A DNA stretch of 63,325 nt, the filler included. It is 14 parts of 14 records of this genome, joined end to end, with 100 filler letters (N's around TTAATTAATTAA, not from the genome) between each part and the next. Parts side by side here need not be neighbours in the genome. Positions count along the whole stretch, not along the records: positions 31,125 to 36,216 come from SRR15195285_4638; positions 36,317 to 40,852 come from SRR15195285_4640; positions 40,953 to 45,996 come from SRR15195285_4647; 11 more parts are not named here. One strand, given 5' to 3'. The notes below the pieces were generated by a model, which was not told the origin of the DNA, did not search any database, and worked only from the letters and a program-made list of their open reading frames with translations. Made by a program: the position numbers and the translations under genes. Positions 32,312 to 44,871 of this stretch are shown here, in pieces. The stretch's first letter is position 1; each line of letters begins with the position of its first letter.

Positions 32312-35300
32312 TCACCGCCCAGACACGACTCCGACCACACCCGTTCCACCGTCGCGATTTGGTGCCGGCGAGGGTGGCAGGGAAGGTTGAAGAGCAGAGG
32401 ACTCCCGGACGGCAACCATCGGATGCTGGCCCTCAAATAGTTCAGTTCGCGCAACGTCTACATACTTGTTGCAGAACTCCCTGAAAATTCGCATCTGTGC
32501 GCACATTAATGGCAAAGCAACGCGATTAGCTGTTCTCGTATGATGCCGCAGCAGCCCAACCAGCACAAGAAGCGTACGCACCAGAGTCTTCTTCCATTTC
32601 GCGGACTGTCCAGCTTCGCTCTGCGCCAGCGAAGTCGCATAAGACCGCTCGGACGTATCGGACACGCTCCCATGACCTCCAAAACTATGCGACGTCGCCG
32701 ACCGCATCCGCAACGGAGAGGCGGGAGGCGAACTCAGCGAAAGTGCTGTGTCTGCACGAGATCTACCTATTGCTTCCTGTACTGCATCCTGCTCTCCCAC
32801 TATATCGTCAGTATCTTCCGGCAATAAGCCGTTGCGTGCCAAATAGTCCGCTGGTGCAAGTGGAGGTCCGCCATACGTCCGCAAAAATCCCAACTGTAAG
32901 AACAAACACCCACGGTAGGAGTTATGATGCATCCACTGGCAGGCGCGGTCCGGCGTCGCTGTGGTTACTCTGCACGCACGATTGACTCGGCTGAGGTCTG
33001 GAATGGATCCTGCGTGATCTCCGCCGCTGCAAGCCGTGCCTCCCGCTGAAATGCATCTGCCATTACGTTCGCGCGGTTTGCGTCTGCTTCCGCTTCCCTC
33101 TTGTCAAGCACAATTCGCTGATCGCAAGCAAACGGAGCGCAGCCGGACGAAACAAGTGGGAAGTGGCAGTTGATGAGCGAGCAGCCAGCACAGTTCGGAG
33201 TGGGGTTGGGCAGAGACTAAGCAAGCGAACAACCAACAGCATACACAAGACTGGTAGATAATTGTCGTGCGCACCGCTGCCTTCCCACGCTTCTGCAGCT
33301 TCTTGAAGTGCTCCATATCGCATCTGCCAAGAGCCTTCATGCCTTCGTCAATGAATGCCATACGCTCTCGTGCCTCAGCCAACACATCATCACTGATACC
33401 TTCCCGGGCAATCAGGCGCTCAATCACCCCAAGTGCCTCCACAAGCTCGTCGACCATTCGACGTCTATTTGAGCCAGGTGCGTCCAGCCATGCATCCCAC
33501 AGAGCAGATGCACTCGACCTGAGCTGGGTTAGCTCCTCCCGCTCACCATCGTGCACCTCTGAACGCCTTGAGAGCTCTGCCTGAGCTGCATTCCAGCTCA
33601 GCTCGAAGACGTTATAATGAGCCCGATGAATGCTCAGCTCCCCATCGCGTACTGCCGCCGCAGCCTCAGCTCTGGCCTCTTCTTCCCGTGCTTTGGCGGC
33701 AGTGACCTCGCGGATATGCTGCGGAGAAGAAGGTGATGCCCACCACTGCTGAAACGTATCAATTGCCACCATGTCTTCACCCCAATCAACCTGCTGCTGG
33801 CTCGCAGCAGCTTGCCATTTCTTGATTGCGTTTGCTCTCGGCGCTGGAATCGCGCCCATGTCTTTCATGGCTCTATCTAGGTCCAACTCTGAAAACCCAT
33901 CGCCGAGCATTTGGCACACCAAGTCATGCACATCAGACCGTCGCGCGAACATTTTGAACACCGTTCGACCACCGTCTTCCGGCTGTACAATTTCGAAGCA
34001 TGGCATGGCTGCAATATGTTCTCGCTGCAGCAGCTCCTGAACATCGTGCCGCTGCTTTTTGCAAACCTCGGCAAATGATCCTGCTGACCGCATCGCCTGC
34101 TGCTTGGTGATATGGGCGCGCTTACACTGCTGCAAGGCAGCAGTGGTAGTGTCAGCGACTGCCGCCGCAGCCTCTTCTTGCCGGGCGAAGGAAACTAGAC
34201 CCCATGAGTTGTTCAGGCCATCTCGAGTGCGCACGTTAGCCGCTAAGACCCTGCCGTGCGACTCAAACATCTTCGCCAGCACTCTTGTAGTTGTAAACTT
34301 GCCGAGTCCCCCGACATGTATGCATGTCTGCTCGAAAACACTCATGTACTCGCGGGTTGGATCTTTTATCTGAGATGCTGCCGTCACTAAGTTCTGCGTG
34401 AGCTGAGCGCCAAGCTTGTTGATAGGCACGCTTCCGAGTGCGTGCTCCATTTCTTCAGCCTTCGTTTGGTGTTCAAGGATACGCACGAGTCCCTCGAGGC
34501 AGCCCACGAGGTCGAGCACCAACTCGAGGTCTGAGTGCCAAATTTTCACAGCGTCCGGGTCGATTTCGACGACTTCGATTACTACTTTGCAAAGGTGATG
34601 AATAGATGCCCGACCAAGGCCCGCAAACGCATGCTCAACCTCTGTCTCTGAATGCGCATGGTGTATCGACATCGCAACTGCACGTGCGCGATCTAGAATT
34701 CCAACCTCCCTAGCCCATGCGGAGTTCGACTTGGCAGTTATGAACACGCCGTGCGTGGTTGCTCGCTGTGTCGCCCTGCGAAGCCCAGCTGCTCCTCCAG
34801 GGAACTCCTCAATTGCCGCTAGGCTCCGCACTCGTTCTTCTCCGGCGACCGCTTCATCAAGTTGCGAGCGATCGCCGCTGTCTCGCAGCGCGACCACTGC
34901 GGACGCGTAGCTTTGCTCAGCGTCCAAATATGCGCCTGCAATCTCCTGTTTGGCAGCTAATGCCAAACAGTCAGCCGCACGCTCGACCGGCGCAACAGGC
35001 TCGAAAGCATTCATTAGTGCTTCGAGACATTGAAGCATTGTCTCGGCAGGGGCTTCTGAAGCAGTTGTTGCACCAATGTTCATCTCGTGTAGAGCAACTG
35101 CAGCATCAGCTGCAGCAACGGACTGCTCGCTTCCTTGTTGTAGCGGCTCCATGTCACGTGTCAGACGGTAAAGTCGACGATGAAGCTCTGTTTTCTCGCG
35201 CCGGGGCATCCCGAGCCGCAGCAGTGAGGTACTGTGGGATATCCGTATCGCCTCTTCCATAGTTTGCTGCACGATCTTCCGATCTTCCCGATCGTTTTTG

Positions 35301-36216
35301 AAGTTGCAGAAAGCTTTTTCGATTCTGGCCACGTTGTCCATGTGCAGAGCCTCAGCCGTTTCCTTCTTGTCCTGTTCGTACTGAGCTTTCTGTTGTTTCA
35401 TCTCTGCTTCGTGTAGTAGCGCACTGAATTTGACGTCTGTCGGGCGAAACGTAAGGAGCGCGTGATATGTCTCGATCGCGGCGTCAAAATCAGCCGTATC
35501 AACAGCAATGCTGGCACGAGCAAGCATCGCCTCAATCTGCTTGTTTGTGATGTGTTGCTTCTCGCCGCTATATATGCGCTCCTTGTGTAGCATTCTGCGA
35601 GCTTGTTCCTTGAGCATGAGCAGAGCATCGCCAGCCTTGGTGGTGGTCAACTGCGTTTTCGTCCACCACTCCGTAAACTCGTCCAGCGTGATTTCTGCAC
35701 TTCCATCGCTGTCGATCTCCGTCATCACTGCCTGAAGGTTGCCATCTGTTAGCGACAGCCCGAGTTGCGCCGCGAGCATCTGCACCTCCTCTGCTCCAAT
35801 GGCGCCGTCGCCGTCAGTGTCGAAGAGTGCGAACGCTGCAGCACATTCCTCCTGACGCGACTTGAGCTCATCAGTTTCTTGATGCTCGAGAGCTAGCTGG
35901 ACATGAGCATCCTCAAGCTGTTCTGCAAGCGCTAAAACAGAGTCGAGGTCGTGCGCCTGATCCGCAGAACGCATCTGCTCGACCATCTGCTGCTCGTAAG
36001 CTTCTTCCGCGGCAAGCTTGTCTGCGTCTGCCGCAATCTTTTCCTGCTCTGCTCTGATTGCCGCGTCGGCTCTGAAGGTCGCAGCAGCTGCCCTGACGCC
36101 GTCCACCGACAGGTCGAGAGGGCTGCCGGAAGGCGCAGCGTCTGCAGCGGAACTCGTGGTCGGTTGGGATTCGGAGTCCGGCTCGAGCTCGGGCTCAGGC
36201 TCCGGCTCCGGCTCCG
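32312..36216 (-). CDS. Large EF-hand/TPR/RRM protein, 5'-truncated; 3' exon structure uncertain
   Basis: EF-hand pair DTDGDGAIGAEE and DSDGSAEITLDEF, TPR-like helices, and RRM IHVGGL..SWGLVSF. Confidence 0.75.
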
Positions 36217-36442
36217 NNNNNNNNNNNNNNNNNNNNNNNNNNNNNNNNNNNNNNNNNNNNTTAATTAATTAANNNNNNNNNNNNNNNNNNNNNNNNNNNN
36301 NNNNNNNNNNNNNNNNCCGTTCACCAGTCGTCATCAGAGTCGGCCTGGTTGCGGTCGAATCCGAACCCACCAGGCGTGTGCGAAGTCTGCGGACGGAAAG
36401 TTCAGCCAGTCAGTCCAGCCAGGGGCAGAACGAATAGGTGAA

Positions 36443-39400
36443 CTACAGCAAAGAAGCGCAGCTCACCTCAAACTCGTCGTCGCTTAGGCCACTGGCGCCA
36501 ATGGATGCATCATCGGAGGGCATTGAAATCCCACCGTCTGAATCGTTACCGTCGAACCCGAAAGCGTCGACCGGCTCCTCAATGTCACTTTGTATATTGT
36601 TCTCAGAAGTCGGTGGCTCTGGTTCTGTCGGTGTCTCTGGCTCCGTCGGTGGCACTGGTTCTGTCGGTGTCTCTGGCTCCGGGTCCTGCTGTAAGCCCAA
36701 GGACACCTCTTGTTTGGCATCTACCACTTGTTCAAACGTACTCGTCGGTTCCATTTGCGGCTGAAGGTGTTGGTGAGATGACTCCTCTACTTCTGGACTT
36801 GGAGCACTGACCTTCACCGAGGAACCTGGACCGAACAATGCCTCGTCATCTAGCGATTCTAGCGATGATACCTGCTCCGCCAAAATCAACAACAGCCTCG
36901 TCTTAGAGATTTATTGCCTAAACTGCAGTCATTTGTCTGTCTGGACCTCAATTCGAAAGATGCTCAGAGCGTACCGAGCCGTCTGTCAACTCATGCCCTT
37001 CATCGTCATCGTCATCAGATTTGCTTGCCACTGGCATCGCGTTTATCATCTTTCTGGATGTATCCGCCGATTCTGGTGAGTGTCTCAGAGCAAGCTGCTG
37101 CTCAATTACAGTTGGTTGTTTCCTTTCAGGTTTGGCTTCCGGCTCGTGCTCAATCGTTGGTTGGGCAAGCATCTGGTGCGGTAGTGGCGGCGGCTGGCCA
37201 ACGTTTGGTGTCCTGTTCCGGCTTGATGCCATGGTACTATTATGTTGTTCTGACGAGGCTGACCCGGAACGGGCTGGTGTCAAGGTTCTGCAGCGCACAC
37301 ACGAAGCGATCAGTTGTGGAAACAATACAGCCATCGGCTAAGGCCGAACGGTGCCACACGGAGACTTAATCTGCGGACGCAAACGATGATGACTCCTTAC
37401 CGAGTGGTATCAGTTGGCGACGACTGATCGGGCGCAGCTAACGGTGATGTGTCCTCAGGTTGTTCAAGCATGGCCCTGAACCAACCACCAGCACTTGATA
37501 AGTACACATACGTTGTACTGTGCAAAGCATCGCAGGTACTGGCCCCAGCAAAGTCGTGGAGGTGGAGGCGCTGGTGAAGAGAAAGACGATTCAAACGGAG
37601 TAGTGAAACGACAGAGCGCTGGATTCATATTAGCGCGCACCGTTGCTTCTTCCTCCACGCTTGGCGCTGACTAGCGCTCAACCCAGGCGGAGGCTCACCG
37701 ATATTTTCTGCGCTGCTACTATGACCTGGCGTGCCATTCGATGTGTTGCGATAGTCAGACATGCTTGATGCAGTCTTCATCATCCTTTTATGCGTTGCGT
37801 GTGATGCAGTTGTCGTACCGCTCCGTCTTGCAGATGCTGTACTGTTTCGCGAGGTCTCTGATTTCGTCGGTGTTGAAGCAGCGAACCCAGACTCAAATGC
37901 AGGTCGCGGGTGCTGCCTCTCTGCATCCCACTCACCACTCTCTTCCGACTGGTCATCAAGGTGCTCTTCCACCTCCGTGATGACACCTGAACATCCACGG
38001 GTCCACGTAGCAATGATGGAATATAGACAGCACCAGGGCAAGGTGTGACTGCAGCACAGAATGCTGAATAGGAGCGCACCGGCTGCAGATACAGAGGGCG
38101 TCATCACTGTGAGAACTGCTTTGCCTTCTTTGTACTTGACAGTCATTTTGTCAGCGTATTTGCCTCTGACCCTTGCATTCGACAAACAGCTCTTGTAGAG
38201 CTTCAGAAACTCATCGAAGTCGAGCACACCTACAGCGCACAACGCAGTGTCAGCAAGATGGAAACGATTACAACTCAAATAGCGCACTTCCTCGATTGTT
38301 GATTCGTTGCAGCGGACCGTTCTCATCCTTGTCACGTTTGCGCAGCTCATCGCTTACAAAAGTCTGCCACTGGTTTTCATCCAGCCGCAGGTCCAACAGA
38401 TCTTTCAGGACCGCTTGCAGCTCATTCATGTCGATCGTGCCGGAGTTGTCCACGTCGTACTTCTGAAAGAGCTGCTTGGCAACGCGCGCGTTCTTGCCAG
38501 TGATCTTACGCACAGTCTTTTCAGCGTATCGACGTTTGACATCCTCTGAAGCTAGGCACTTTTTGTAGAAAGCAACAAATTCCTGCGGCCAGAGATCAAC
38601 CCACCGAGCCGTCCATCTATCTCAGTTGGACTATAATCTGACACATTATCTACCGTGCACAGAAATGCCGCATGCAATCACTACGATAGGCATACCTCGA
38701 GGTCGAGAGTGCGCGATCCATCGACATCCAAGTCAGCGAAGAATGCATCTGCGTATGCCTCGAACTGCTTCTTCGGTATCGAGATCCCGAGCGTCCCCAA
38801 GATCTGCTTGAACTCACCGAGATCGAGCTCGCCGTCGCCGTTAATGTCTGCGGAATGGAAGGCATGGACCGCGCGGTCCTGCTGCTCGAGGTCGAGGTCC
38901 AGTGCCTGCTCAGATGTTGTGTCCAGCATCCACGCAAACAATTTCGAGGTGAGCGGGACAAACGAAAATGCATTTGATCAGTGTCTCTCAGAATTGCAAA
39001 GTCTCGTACCTGCATAGCGTTCTCCATCTCAGACGAGAAAGAGGAATACGATTCGTACGCAGCGCTGCGTGGCGAAGGGGTCCCTAGCTCCGGTGCATCA
39101 CTGAGCCCCGCGAGTTTGGATGGCGTGTAAGCCTCTTCCAATTCCTTGAGCTGCCGCTCTCGCTCCTGAGCCTTTCTGTCCACTTCTGCTCTTTCTGCTG
39201 CAAGCCGCGCTTCTTCCTCTTCCTGCTTCTGTTTCAATTTCCGCGCTTCTTCTTCTTCAGCCAGCCGTGCAGCCTTCTCTTCGGCCAACCGCGCCGCTTC
39301 TGCTGCCGCAGCCCGCTGTTCCTCTTCGGCCCGTAGCCGCTCACGTTCAGCCGCCGCTTCTTCCTCCTGCTTCTTCACTACTGCTGCCGCAAGCTCTGCC

Positions 39401-40704
39401 TGCCTTCGGTCCTCTGCTTCTTTGGCCACCCTGGCAGCAGCCTCTTCTCGCAATCGTTGCTGCTCCGCCTCCTCGGCTTGACGCTGCTGTTCTGCCAGCA
39501 GCAGCGCTGCCATTTGTGCCTGCCGTTGCTCTTCCAGACGCTGCGCCTCCAAGCGTCGCGCCTCCTCAGTCTCTGCTCTCAAGCGGGCCTCCTCAGCCTC
39601 CTGCGCCACGCGCTCCTCCTCCAGCCTTTGAGCGCGCTGCTCACGTAATTTCCTGACCTCAGCCCTTCCCTGCTGTCCGCGGCGCACCGACTGTATTCTG
39701 CATGCGGCGCCAGACTCTTTCCGTCGCACTTCCTGCCGCTCCGTCGCGACACGCCGGCCTTGGCGACCGCGAGCGGCAGACTGCACCCGCGTCGCTGCAT
39801 CGTCCATGGCTTTTCGTGCTGCCTCTTCAGCAGCCTGCGCCTCGCGCTCCAGGGCTCGCCTCTCAGCCTCCTCGGCGACTACTGCCGCCTCCGCCGCCGC
39901 TGCGGCCTCAGCTGCTGCGGCCTTTTCCTCAGGTGTGAGGCTAGCCTTGCGAACCTGTCGCAGTCTGTCCCTCGCGCCGGCCAGCTCCTGAAGTAAGTCT
40001 TCCAACTGTGCCACATGTGCCTCTGGACCCGCGGGGCCCATACCGGTGGTATCCGTCTGTGTGCCGTCGATGGGTAGTACGCCCCACTCCGTTCGGGTGT
40101 CGGGTGCGTCGCACAGCGAGGCCTGCATCTCCTCGAGCTCCTGGCGCACCGCGGCTGCCATATAGCTCAAGCGCATGTCCATCTTGCCGGCGTCGCGCCC
40201 TTCGATCCATTCAAATGGGTATACCACACCACGTGCTGGCACGAGCTGCTCCGCCAGCTGGCGCGTCGTTCCTGCCGCCAGCACCGGCTGTGCTGACGCC
40301 GGCCGCCTGCGAGTGTGCCGCCCGTTGCGACCGCCAGTCTGCCGCGCCGCCGGTTTCCGCGGCGGCGCCGGCTCAACCGGACGCACAACCGTCAAAATCT
40401 GCGGCGCTCCGTATACCGCCTGTGTCCGGCGATTCGCACGTACCGCGCTACCAAACGCCCGCGGCGGCGGCTGCTGCTGCCGCTCATGCACGCACCTCCT
40501 CCGCGCTTGCCCACGACCGCTCGCCGTCGACGGTCGAACTCCCCCACGCTCTGCGCGCTCCCCCGCCTCTCCCAGCAGCCCGGGCAGCACGGCTGCCGGC
40601 GCTTTCCGCTTCTGCCTCGGCTTCTTCCTGCTACGCGATGCAGCGCGCGAGCCCACCGCCTTCCCCCAGAGAGGGCGAGGCACGCCCTCCGCCGCCTTGG
40701 GCAT
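36443..40704 (-). CDS. IQ-motif, coiled-coil, multi-EF-hand protein, multi-exon
   Basis: IQ motifs AATRVQSAARGRQGRR and AACRIQSVRRGQQGR, an E/R/A-rich coil, EF loops DINGDGELDLGEF, DVDGSRTLD, DVDNSGTIDMNEL and DKDENG, and a low-complexity tail. The 3' end is uncertain. Confidence 0.75.
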
Positions 40705-41098
40705 CCTTTAGCCGTTGCAGCCGTTCTACAGACGTTATGAAACAGCCGTTACACAGCTGTACGCTCGCGGCCCGACGGCGCGCGCGCAGTACACCGTCAT
40801 GGCGTGCGTCGTCCGCGTGTAGGCAACCTGGGCACTGCTGGGCACTCGAAGTNNNNNNNNNNNNNNNNNNNNNNNNNNNNNNNNNNNNNNNNNNNNTTAA
40901 TTAATTAANNNNNNNNNNNNNNNNNNNNNNNNNNNNNNNNNNNNNNNNNNNNTTGACCCGTCCTGCAGTCTCTGCGGCGCCATGCGGTGGTCCGACGCAA
41001 TGAGCTCGCGGATTTACTGATATCATGAGACGTTTCTGGTGGGTATTTCGTAGACAAAGCTTGTAGACCCGGGTCCCTCTGCGTGCGTGCGGCCTCGG

Positions 41099-44000
41099 AT
41101 GGCCGTAGTGCTCAAGGCCGCGGAGGTTGTGGGCGCTGCCGCCGAACCGATGGAGGAGGATCGACTCAGCTTCGCGTCGTACTCGTACAGCAGCGAGTAC
41201 GGAGGCCAGAGCCAGGCTGGCGTGGACGAGGATGTGGGCGCCATCGAGTTCGAGTACATCGAGCCGGTCGCTGCGAGGGAGATCAGGGTGTTCGGTGACG
41301 GCTCGATCCTGCCAGCCGGCGCCTTCCTCAGCCACGGGGCGCTCATGACGATCGACGGCCTGCCGGGAACCTACGTGTACAAAGATGAACACGAGCATGG
41401 GATCAAGCGCGCGGCTGAGGTCAAGTTCGACGCGGACGACGAGGTGGAGCAGGAACGGGCGCTGGCGCTCGCGGATCGTGTGGCTGCTGCTCCGCCGGGG
41501 CTCGAGCGCCCCCGGGCAAAGCCTTATTGGAGCCGGGTGGAGGCAGTGCCGAAACCAGCGCTGTACCTGTACCGAAGTCTCATCTCGGCGCAGATCATCC
41601 TTAAAGGCTTCGAGTGCACCTTTGCAAAGCTCTACGTTCCAGAAAGGTGGGAGCGGAGCGACCTGAGTTGGGTAAAGAAGGGCGCCTGGGTAGAGTTCAA
41701 CCCTGCAAACAAGTTACCAGAACCAAAGCTTGGCGTGGTGTGCATCGATCCCATTCCCAGTCGAGGATTTTCTGAGATCAAGATTCGCTTCGTTGACGGC
41801 ACAGAGTCCGACTACATACAGACGGACTCGTCAGAAATGCAGCGGTGCGTCGTGACGCAGCTGGTGTTTGTGTGCGACGAGCACGAGGCGCACAAAATAT
41901 CACATGCACTGCGTAGGGCACGGGACCATGGTCACCCTAAGCACCATGGGAATCAGTACGAACTGAAGCTCAAAGGCAAAGGCCAGGTCACGTTCGAACT
42001 CGCCACGAAAGGAGCGACGGTGACGGAGCACCCAGAGGGCCCAGTGAAGTACAACTATCGGCGCGTATATCCAACGACGGACGGGCGAATACGCAAGCGC
42101 CACCCGATGCGCTCTGCGCGCACTCCATCCGGTGACTTTCCGGACGCAAACCCTCCTCCAAACACGCCACACTACGAGTCGGAGCTTGGCCTCGATCCGC
42201 CAGTGGAGCATTTCCTCGGCGACTCACCTAAGCCGGAGGACCTGCTGGAGCCTTGGGTGGAGCCAGAGCCAGCGCCAGAGCAAGTGCCACCGACCTGGAG
42301 GGAGATTCGGCAAGCAGAAATTGAGGCAGAAGTTGATGCAAAGCAACAACTGAGTGAGAAAGGCATCTTTGGGAGGCTGTTTGGATGTGGACGTGGCAGC
42401 AAGACACGGAACAGCCGCAGAAACAAGAACTATGTCTACGCCCTAGAGAAAAGTGATTCAATGCCTAAGGATGAGGACAAACTTGGTGTGTCTGAACCGA
42501 ATACGATGGAGATGGAGCCGATCACTGAAGAAGAAGAGGATTTTCTGCTTTGGCCCTGCAGTCAGAGTTCGGACGACCAGTCTGATTATAGTCTGCAGCA
42601 GCAATCCGACGAAGAAGCCTACTCCTCAGGTCGTTTCCATGACGCAACCGACGAAAGCGACCAGCAAACAGGGAGCTATGTGATAATTGATAGAGCTGTC
42701 CAGTCGAACAGCATGGCACCCGGTCCTGAAGATGCGGTGGCGCCATGGCGCTACGAGGCTTTGGCTAGTAGTCCAATTTATCAAGACGCCTTATTGGATG
42801 CCGAAGAGCTCGACATGCTGGCAAAAGGAGAGGTTATCGTGGCTCTGGCAAGACAGGAAGTCGATGGAATTGGCTGGGTGCAGTGCTCTCTCGGCTGGGT
42901 GCGCTCGGTGGACGATAACGCCAAAGCGTTGCTTTCTCTGGTCGCACCTGTTGACGCTCAAGCGCCATCGATGGGCTTGCCAGGACTGAAGCAGCCACAT
43001 GAAGAGACGCACAAACCAGTGTCCACCGACGGAACGGATCATTCGCGACCCGTGCAAGACACTGTTAGCACATCTCCCGAGCTGCAAATCGAAGGTGTAG
43101 ATTTAGTTCACGCAGCGGGAGATTTTGCAGCGACTGAAGCTGCGAACGAGTCGGGGTGGCTGCCGGAAGATTTGAGCGGGGGTTCGTGGGTAGACCTCAG
43201 ATCTACGTTGTTGCAAAACAAGCCGGGCGCCGTGGTGACAATGGAAGGTGCTGTGTGGTGGCCACAAATACGACCGCCTCTCACATCGAAGCAGAAAAAC
43301 CTGCTCGCAAAGCGCGAAAAGGTCAAGAAGAGGCTGGCGAGCAAGAACGCGACCAGTGTAAACCCGGAGTCAACGTTAGAAGCTCTTGCGCCAGACCCTC
43401 CTGTACTAGTAGAGCGGCTTGCGCAGGAGTCCGTGTCTATGGACGCTACACAAGCAGCCGTGACACAAGCCGTAGCGGACCTCATCTCTGAGGTTGAGGC
43501 AAAGTGGGTCGAAGGAGCGTCGAAGTCGAAGGAGCGGACGAATGGAGCGATCGTAAAAGTGCCTGACAGGGGTGATGATTATGATCGCCAGCTAGTTGAG
43601 GAGATGCAAGGGGCTACTGTAGAATCCATCTTACGGCCGGAAGCGGCTGAGAGGCCAGACCTGGTCACAAAAGATCCCGAGGCGGAACAAGCAGTGCCTG
43701 ACAACACAGTGGTAACGCGGGAGCCTGATGTGCTGCAGCCACGAGATACCCTAGAAGAACGGATGGCAAAGATGGACTCGTGGCAAGATCGTTGGATGAA
43801 GCGCACACAGATTGAAGAGCAGCAATTGGTCAAGACAGCGAACATGGTAACAGTTGAGACGTTCATGGACGAAGAGTACGCATTCAATCTGAAAACGGCA
43901 GAGGAGCTAGTGGATGAACTCACTTGGGCTCCCCCACAAGCCCAGCATGCCGTCTCTGAATGGTTCTACACGATTGGGCTCGGTCATATTGAGCCACAGC

Positions 44001-44683
44001 TGCAAGACCGGATCTACGATGACCGATTCCAGGATGAGTTTCTGCAGAGTCTATGTGGTCCGGGTGGCATGACATTCGTGGAGTCACTCGACGGTGGCCG
44101 CATCTCCGAGCTGATCAAGCTGCTTGAGCTCGGGCCGCCAGCGGAGACGGTCTTTCGCCAGGAGCTTCACCGGCGGACAAAGAATCCTGAGCATGCTCCG
44201 TTGCCAGGTATGGTCATGATGGCTGATAAGGATGTCAGCAAGAATAGCCAGGAGAAGGGCACGATACTGACGACCAAGAAGAAGACCAAGAACAAGAACA
44301 AGAAGAAGAAGAAGCAAGCCTCACCGAGCAGCCTTGAGGGGAAAGAGGAGGAGATTGAAGAAACTGCTCAAGAGCAGTTCGAGAGAATTATGCGCGAAGA
44401 AGCAGCGGCGGCGAAGGCAGCCGAGGAGGCGGCGGCGGTAGCACAGGCCGCGCTGCTGGAAGATAGCGAGCGTGCAGCAGGGCGAAACACGAAGAAGAAA
44501 AAGAAGAAGAATGCCAAAAAGAAGGCACAAAATCAGGAGGACGGTGACGCCAGCCCCAAGCCTGGTGCTCAAGTAGCAGCGCAAGCAGAGAATGAGAACC
44601 AACCAAAGGCCAAGAAGAAGAACCAACCAAAGGCCAAGAAGAAGAAAACAAAGCAGCCAAAGGCCGAGAAGAATAATTACTAG
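41099..44683 (+). CDS. Large hypothetical protein with SH3-like modules and a Lys-rich C-terminus
   Basis: ORF of about 1190 aa. WRYEAL..LAKGEVIVALARQEVDGIGWVQCSLGWV resembles bacterial-type SH3b; poly-Lys tracts near the end. Confidence 0.7.
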   Translation: MAVVLKAAEVVGAAAEPMEEDRLSFASYSYSSEYGGQSQAGVDEDVGAIEFEYIEPVAAREIRVFGDGSILPAGAFLSHGALMTIDGLPGTYVYKDEHEHGIKRAAEVKFDADDEVEQERALALADRVAAAPPGLERPRAKPYWSRVEAVPKPALYLYRSLISAQIILKGFECTFAKLYVPERWERSDLSWVKKGAWVEFNPANKLPEPKLGVVCIDPIPSRGFSEIKIRFVDGTESDYIQTDSSEMQRCVVTQLVFVCDEHEAHKISHALRRARDHGHPKHHGNQYELKLKGKGQVTFELATKGATVTEHPEGPVKYNYRRVYPTTDGRIRKRHPMRSARTPSGDFPDANPPPNTPHYESELGLDPPVEHFLGDSPKPEDLLEPWVEPEPAPEQVPPTWREIRQAEIEAEVDAKQQLSEKGIFGRLFGCGRGSKTRNSRRNKNYVYALEKSDSMPKDEDKLGVSEPNTMEMEPITEEEEDFLLWPCSQSSDDQSDYSLQQQSDEEAYSSGRFHDATDESDQQTGSYVIIDRAVQSNSMAPGPEDAVAPWRYEALASSPIYQDALLDAEELDMLAKGEVIVALARQEVDGIGWVQCSLGWVRSVDDNAKALLSLVAPVDAQAPSMGLPGLKQPHEETHKPVSTDGTDHSRPVQDTVSTSPELQIEGVDLVHAAGDFAATEAANESGWLPEDLSGGSWVDLRSTLLQNKPGAVVTMEGAVWWPQIRPPLTSKQKNLLAKREKVKKRLASKNATSVNPESTLEALAPDPPVLVERLAQESVSMDATQAAVTQAVADLISEVEAKWVEGASKSKERTNGAIVKVPDRGDDYDRQLVEEMQGATVESILRPEAAERPDLVTKDPEAEQAVPDNTVVTREPDVLQPRDTLEERMAKMDSWQDRWMKRTQIEEQQLVKTANMVTVETFMDEEYAFNLKTAEELVDELTWAPPQAQHAVSEWFYTIGLGHIEPQLQDRIYDDRFQDEFLQSLCGPGGMTFVESLDGGRISELIKLLELGPPAETVFRQELHRRTKNPEHAPLPGMVMMADKDVSKNSQEKGTILTTKKKTKNKNKKKKKQASPSSLEGKEEEIEETAQEQFERIMREEAAAAKAAEEAAAVAQAALLEDSERAAGRNTKKKKKKNAKKKAQNQEDGDASPKPGAQVAAQAENENQPKAKKKNQPKAKKKKTKQPKAEKNNY

Positions 44684-44871
44684 TACAGCGTTAAAGCCGG
44701 CCAAGCCCAGCGTGCTTCGAGAGATAATCAAGCATCGCCACTCTTCGTAGTCGATCAGAGACCCAAGGTGCGGCACATTTGCAGCTGTCATGTACTGGTG
44801 AGTTAGGGCGCAGCAGTTTTTGTCCCGGGGAAAGTCATTCAAGCCCCGATTGTGGTGATCGTACAATTGAG

